A DNA stretch of 64,000 nt from Octopus vulgaris (lineage: Eukaryota), in the NCBI GenBank assembly GCA_951406725.2, contig OX597830.1:27776001-27840000 (forward strand), in the 5' to 3' direction. A model generated the notes under the pieces. The model was given only the letters and a program-made list of their open reading frames with translations. It did not search any database and had not been told where the DNA came from. Every line of letters starts with the position of its first letter. Position 1 is the stretch's first letter. This document shows, piece after piece, positions 57,829 through 64,000 of the stretch. Position numbers and translations under genes: made by a program.

Positions 57829-57897
57829 TTGGCGGCAAGATCTGATTTCAGTACGCCATTTTAGCTGCCAATCGGCGGCGAAAGCAACATGGCTGTC
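57829..57897. promoter_or_regulatory. Candidate promoter/enhancer core
   Basis: CGCCATTTT and AACATGGCTG (YY1/Pho-like), GCCAATC (CCAAT box) and GGCGGCGAAA (E2F-like) lie within 70 bp of a GC-richer island beside a very AT-rich tract. Confidence 0.35.
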
Positions 57898-58283
57898 TGT
57901 GAAGGTGGCAAGAGCTACGCTGAAATTACTTTAAAGTGTGATTTTCTATTCATTTCTCTCAATAGACATAGGCGGAAAGCAACACTCACGCTATCATATC
58001 ACAGCGACACCTTCATAAGAACTAGAAAACACACACACACATACACACACACACTCACACACACGCACACACACACTCACACACACACACACACACTCAC
58101 ACACACGCACGCACTCACACATTCATAGATGCTCATTCAAACGTACCTATACATACGTGCCGAGATATCAGGGAATGCGTGTGTGATTGTGTAAATTCTT
58201 CTATGTGGACATGTGAAATTTGTTGTCTATGTGATGATGTGTGTACGACGGCTAGTATATATATATATATATATATACATATG

Positions 58284-58335
<52 letters not shown>

Positions 58336-61300
58336 TATATACATATGTATATATATATATATATATATACACATACACATACATACACACACACATGTAT
58401 ATATATATATATACTTGCCGTCGTGTATGTATGTATGCACACAAGCACGCACACACACATACATTCATGCATGCATACATACATACAAGCATACATACAT
58501 GCATACATACATACATACATACATACATACATACATACATACATACATACATACATACACATATATACATAGATACGTGCTTAAGTTTAGAAAAGATGTT
58601 GTAATGTGCTACTCTTTAGTGAAGCATCGATTACGGAGAGTCATTGTTTTTCTTGTTGCTTAGGTCAAAATCAGCCCCTTTTGATGCTGACATTTCTTTC
58701 AAGTAATCAGCAATAAATTTCAAACATGACCATCCCTCTATTTTCTCATACTGTATGCAGACGATATAATCCAATGTTTTTGACATTAATATTAAATTGA
58801 AAGTAGTTTGAGGATGAGTCCACGTGTAAACGTTCTTTCTGAGACGCCTGGCCTCATATCGGATATGAAGTAAGCATCCAGAAGTAAGTAGCAAGGTAGT
58901 ATTTTATATTGAGCCTCAGGTACACGTGATGATACAGTGAGGCTGATTTACAGCTAGCCCAATTAATTATTAGGATATTAGCATCCGACAAATGCTGGTC
59001 CTTACTACAACTTCCTCGAAAATTTTCGGAGATGCTAATACATAAGAAAACGTTGTATAAAGAAATATGTTTCACACGTTGCACACACAACGGTGAAAAT
59101 CCTCATGGTGCGTTCAACGTCTTAGCAGTAGTCGTAATTTCTCTCAAAGAAATTTGTAAAATGTATAATAATCAACGAAAGAATGGTGACAGTATGCTTT
59201 ACATCGTTTTATTTGTGAGATGTACAGTTACAGCCAAAACCGAATAGGTCCAAAATTAGTATGCTTCCCTAGAAGTTAGAAATAACAGTCAAATGAACTT
59301 CAGCTTAACATGGCAAAATGGCTGGATATGGTTTTAATAATATGTGGCCAATCAGAGATCATCTGGGAGCAAAATAGCCACAGTAGACAAAATTGCAGCT
59401 ATATGAACTATGAGACTAGGAAGTTGGTGAACTATTTGTGAAAAATAGCTGCCAACATTTTCATATTACACCTATTGTCTTAAAAAATAAGAGGGTATAT
59501 TACTTCATTACGTAACGCTGTATCTGAGGAAAGATCACGAATGGGATATACCTTTGATCATAGGTATCTCCAATGAAGAATGACTTGGACTGAACTCAAT
59601 AATAATAAAGTAAATTGTATTTGAACGTACATGGTAATTATGCCTTTCATTTAAGCATGAGTTCAGAAGATTCACCCGAACCATGTGTGTTAGTTTACCT
59701 GCTTATATCGCTACGACACTTTTAATAGGAGGTAAAATTTTATCATAAGGTAATACGAACATCTAATGGACTGCAATGTTTATATCTAACACATATAGAT
59801 TCAGAAAACATCTAGTTCGTCTCTTCAAAATATTGAAACTAAAACTCAGAGTGTATAAGCTAAAAGCAAACAATTTTATTGACAGTACGATAGACGTTAA
59901 ATACAGGTATATATCATCTAAGCAACGTGCTCAGCGAAAATTTGCAGCATAAGGAAAAGGAATTTGTACTGCATTGCAGTTATGTTTAAAAATAATTACC
60001 TCAAAATTTTAGTTCCCGGTTATGTAACACCTCATGTAAGGAAGATGAATGTATTCAAACGAAGATCTGTCACGAAGTGGTCTTTGCAGTAAGAGAAACA
60101 ACTACTACAATTTTCCGTGAGAAATATCAGAAAATATGCTACCTATTACTTCTATTCTTGAAGCAGCTGAATCACGAGAAAATTTCTAAATCAAGTAAAA
60201 ATACACTTCAGTAATCCTCAAATATTCACTAATCCTCAAGTTTCGGTGGAATCTTTAAAGATAGTTATATAAAAATCAGACATGCAAATGGTCTCAACTT
60301 AGCGAAAACATTGTCAAATATTTCCCAAAATAAACGAACTGTCCGTTATACAATTTAATGACGTGATAGATTTAGCCCTGATTCGTATTAGCTAAACTAT
60401 CGATGAATGATAGACTCTGTAGTCTGTTGCATTGATGTGTCCCTATAAATATGTCAATAACTGTATATTATGTCAGTTTAACAGTTAATACGTATAAATT
60501 TCACTATAATCACACTTTAAGACAACCAAAATACATTCAGATCTTTAAAGATAAGCGAGAGAATTTCGACAAATAACTTACACGAGTAAACTTTAAAATA
60601 TTAAAAAAAAATTCTATGGTTTATCTCTCGTCTCTACGAATAAACTAGTAAAGTCATTCCAAAGTCGAATTATCTTGACTGGATATTCCGTAATTGTATC
60701 TTTTTGCAGGTACAAAATTTATTTCGTATGAAGTATTGTAGATACCATATTGTTAATCTTTGACTTATTGTATTTCAAATAGACACCACGCTGTCATATT
60801 CCTTGATACATACTTCATTTTACTCGCCTAACCTGCGTACATTTTTATAAATTTATACCCACTCATAAAATCCCTCGCATATAATAGCATAACGATCAGC
60901 AATTATATGTTATCTTTATTCTACACCATATCTTATATATTATATTATTTTCCCTATAGCCTTCCTTACATAGTATTCAGTGATCCATCTCCAGCTAAAC
61001 TTGACCACAACTCTGTAAGCGCATCCTTGCTATCTCTCACCTCTATCCATTTTGTCCCGTTTGAAAAATGTTAACTCTCTTTAAACTTCTCGTTTCTCTT
61101 ACATTCTACAGCTATGTTGGTAATAGCGTTTGTAAACCATTTCTTTACAAACGCTATTACAAACAACTAATTAAGTCATGTAGTTATATACGCATATTTT
61201 TAAATGTTCAACTTAAATATATACATGCATACACACGCGCACACACACATACACACATACATATACACACACAAAAAATACGCACTCGTAAACACCCTAA

Positions 61301-61420
61301 AAGTATAAGTGAATATGTGGTTAACATTAGGGCAATTGGAAATTGTGATAAAAATAAAATGGTTGGAAACCTAAAACACCTACACAGACCTTTAGGTATT
61401 TTTACTGTTGTATTGTATTG

Positions 61421-62582
61421 TACGAGGGGCTGCTGTAACGTTGATTGGCTGACCAAGACACGCTCATAGAATGTGGCCAAATGCAGTTGATTTGTCATCA
61501 TAATCCACTTTGCGGTCGACACCCTTCTTTCATCAGTGTTTCAGCTTTTGAATCCTTTTGGGGAAGAAGCTTTCATCCAGTTGGTCGAGAAATAAAGCCA
61601 TTAACAGCAGATTCGGCGTCAGTATCACTGCGACACTGTTTCCCAACCTAGTATTATTTTCATGTTGGGGAACAGGTGATAGTCAGATGGGGTCAAATCA
61701 ACAAGTTCAAAGCCACACTCACGCACAGCATCCATTTAAACCAAGGATTGTGTGCTGGAGGATTTGACCTGAGGAAACAGAACCCCTTTCCTCAGTTTTA
61801 CTGGGCCTTTAGTTTTGCCGGCCGTTCGTTACTGCCTCAGAAATTTGACGTAGTACTCACTATTGATGGTGTGGCCCTCTTGAAGATATTCAATAAATAC
61901 AAAGCCTTTTGCACTTCAAATATTGAGTCCATTACCGTCTCTGCAGATAAAACGACCTTGGTGTCTTTGAAACAGGCGAGAAGGCGTGTTTCCACTGCAT
62001 GGATTATCGCTTTGTCTCAACGGGATTAAGCCAACACTCATCCTGGATTAGTAAACGTTCGTGGAAATCAACTGGATCTGCCTCTAATAATGTTAGATTT
62101 TCCCGTGATGTGATCAGCCTGGAGTGCTTTTGATCAGGTGTCAGAAGACGTGGCACACACCAAGCAAAAACCGTCGTCACGTCTAGTTCAATGTACAGAA
62201 TATTCTCTCTTATGGGATATGCTAATAACATTGCCTATTTGATTCTTAATCAAACGCCTGCCATCCATCACTATGCGGTGAACACCATCAATATTTTCGT
62301 CGGTTGTGGCAGTTGCAAGATGTCCAGACCTTGGGTCATCTTCAAAACTTTCATTTCCTCTTCTAAATTCAGCTGACCACTTTCGCACTCTTGATAAAGC
62401 TGGGGTGCCATTCCTAAAGCAGCAACCATGTCAACATGGATGCCCTTTGGGCCTAAACCGTTTTCTGCAGGATCTTGATAAGGCCATAATTCAGGACGTG
62501 CCATTTTCCTTTCTCTATAAAATTTCTTAATCTGCCTGAAATGCTCTTGCAAAGTGGCCCTAGTTAGATTAACCCTCTGCAT
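61421..62582 (-). mobile_element. Decayed near full-length mariner transposon
   Basis: KWSAEFRRGNESFEDDPRSGHLATATTDENI and AWCVPRLLTPDQKHSR...LIQDECW (WVPRxL and DETW motifs). TACGAGGGG terminus at 61421; multiple frameshifts. Confidence 0.88.
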
Positions 62583-63163
62583 CAAAAATAAACAAGTGGG
62601 TCTATGATCAAGGACATTAGGGTCAAAACAATCCCGTTTTCCTCTTTACTAAGAAATAATTTCATCCTGAATCCTATTCATTTACTTGAGTCAGCAAGCT
62701 AAGGTCTGGAATAGATTCGGCGGCCATTTGTATCAGATTGGGTTTCTTTTGGCTCTCTTTGTTCGTGGTGATTGATTTTTATTACAATCGTCTTCGTTGT
62801 TATTCATATCTTTATCATGGCTGTTGATGTTCTTCATGTCTATATTTATTTTCGCGCGCACTTTACGCACATCCCACACCCCATTTTAATCATAAAAACG
62901 TTTTTCTGTGTATATATCCCACAACGTAGTTCGTAACATTGATAACGACTGCAAACACAAACGTACATCCCTCATACACATACAGCATATAAGATAATAC
63001 GCTGAGAGAAACTAATATACACACACACACATACATCTACACAAACATTCGCACAAACTCACAGGTGCCTCTTCTCCTATTAATTAAAAAATACACATAC
63101 CTCATAGTCATTACGCGCGCGTGCACACACATATAGAAACAAACACAAACACTTATATAGATT

Positions 63164-63213
<50 letters not shown>

Positions 63214-63505
63214 TGTATATATATATAGACATATACATACATACATATATATGTGTATATAAACAAGAAGAGAGAGAGAGTGCGAGATTTATGTATACCT
63301 ACACATATATATTAACTTACACATACACATAGATTCACAAATGTAGACATATATTCATATAAAATATATCAATATATATATTTACATGTGTATGTATATA
63401 TACATACAAACCCCAAATTTACCTATATACATAATTTATATGTATATATATATATATAATGTTGATATACATATACGTACTTGCATACATACATACATAC
63501 ATACA

Positions 63506-63539
<34 letters not shown>

Positions 63540-63599
63540 CATGCATACATACATACGTACATGCATACATACATTAATAAGTACATACATACATATATG

Positions 63600-63644
<45 letters not shown>

Positions 63645-64000
63645 CTCAGGTAGCTAATATCATTTCTTTTATTAGTTTCTAAGTTCCTTCTGGATAATAG
63701 ACAGAGAGATTCAATGAGGTCAATTGTAATATTTTTTATAAGGTTGTAGGCTAAGGAGCGAGATGTAATCGTGGGCAGAAACGGACTCGATAACATTATA
63801 ACAACTTTCACTTTCGTTTCTACCATACTTCTTATTGTTGTTGTTCTTATTTTTTTTCCTATACGTCTTACTTTTCATTAACTCCTCATTTCTCCTGCAC
63901 TTACTTATTTACTTCCATATAGTTGGTCTTTTCTTTTATTGATATCATTCTTTAATGTCTATCGTTCTTCTTCCCTTTCTTTCCCCACAATCTTTCATCT

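Noticed and set aside
58680-58990. Possible ancient LINE RT remnant on minus (SKTLD...LKFIADYL); similar hint at about 51800-52050
   Set aside because: The similarity is too weak by eye.

Overview
AT-rich, repeat-saturated eukaryotic DNA with no recognisable intact host gene. Most ORF-track entries are translations of (TA)n, (CA)n, (TATG)n, (GATA)n and (GAT)n microsatellites. The SINE families and microsatellite density suggest a coleoid cephalopod, probably Octopus (inference), and the region looks intronic or intergenic. It contains three or four tRNA-derived SINE families, decayed CR1-type, RTE-type and RLE-bearing (R4/Dong/NeSL-like) LINE fragments, two decayed mariner transposons and a Helitron-like end. 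The main signal is about a dozen minimal type-I hammerhead-ribozyme motifs (stem I - CUGANGA - stem II - GAAA - short, often palindromic stem III - UH - stem I). They are carried by several unrelated short non-coding elements that mostly sit in (TA)n and resemble Penelope-like-element terminal repeats. One has a tRNA-type Pol III head, and another pair lies in the arms of a 167-bp inverted repeat in which I found no mismatch. All alignments and folds were done by eye and repeat boundaries are approximate.
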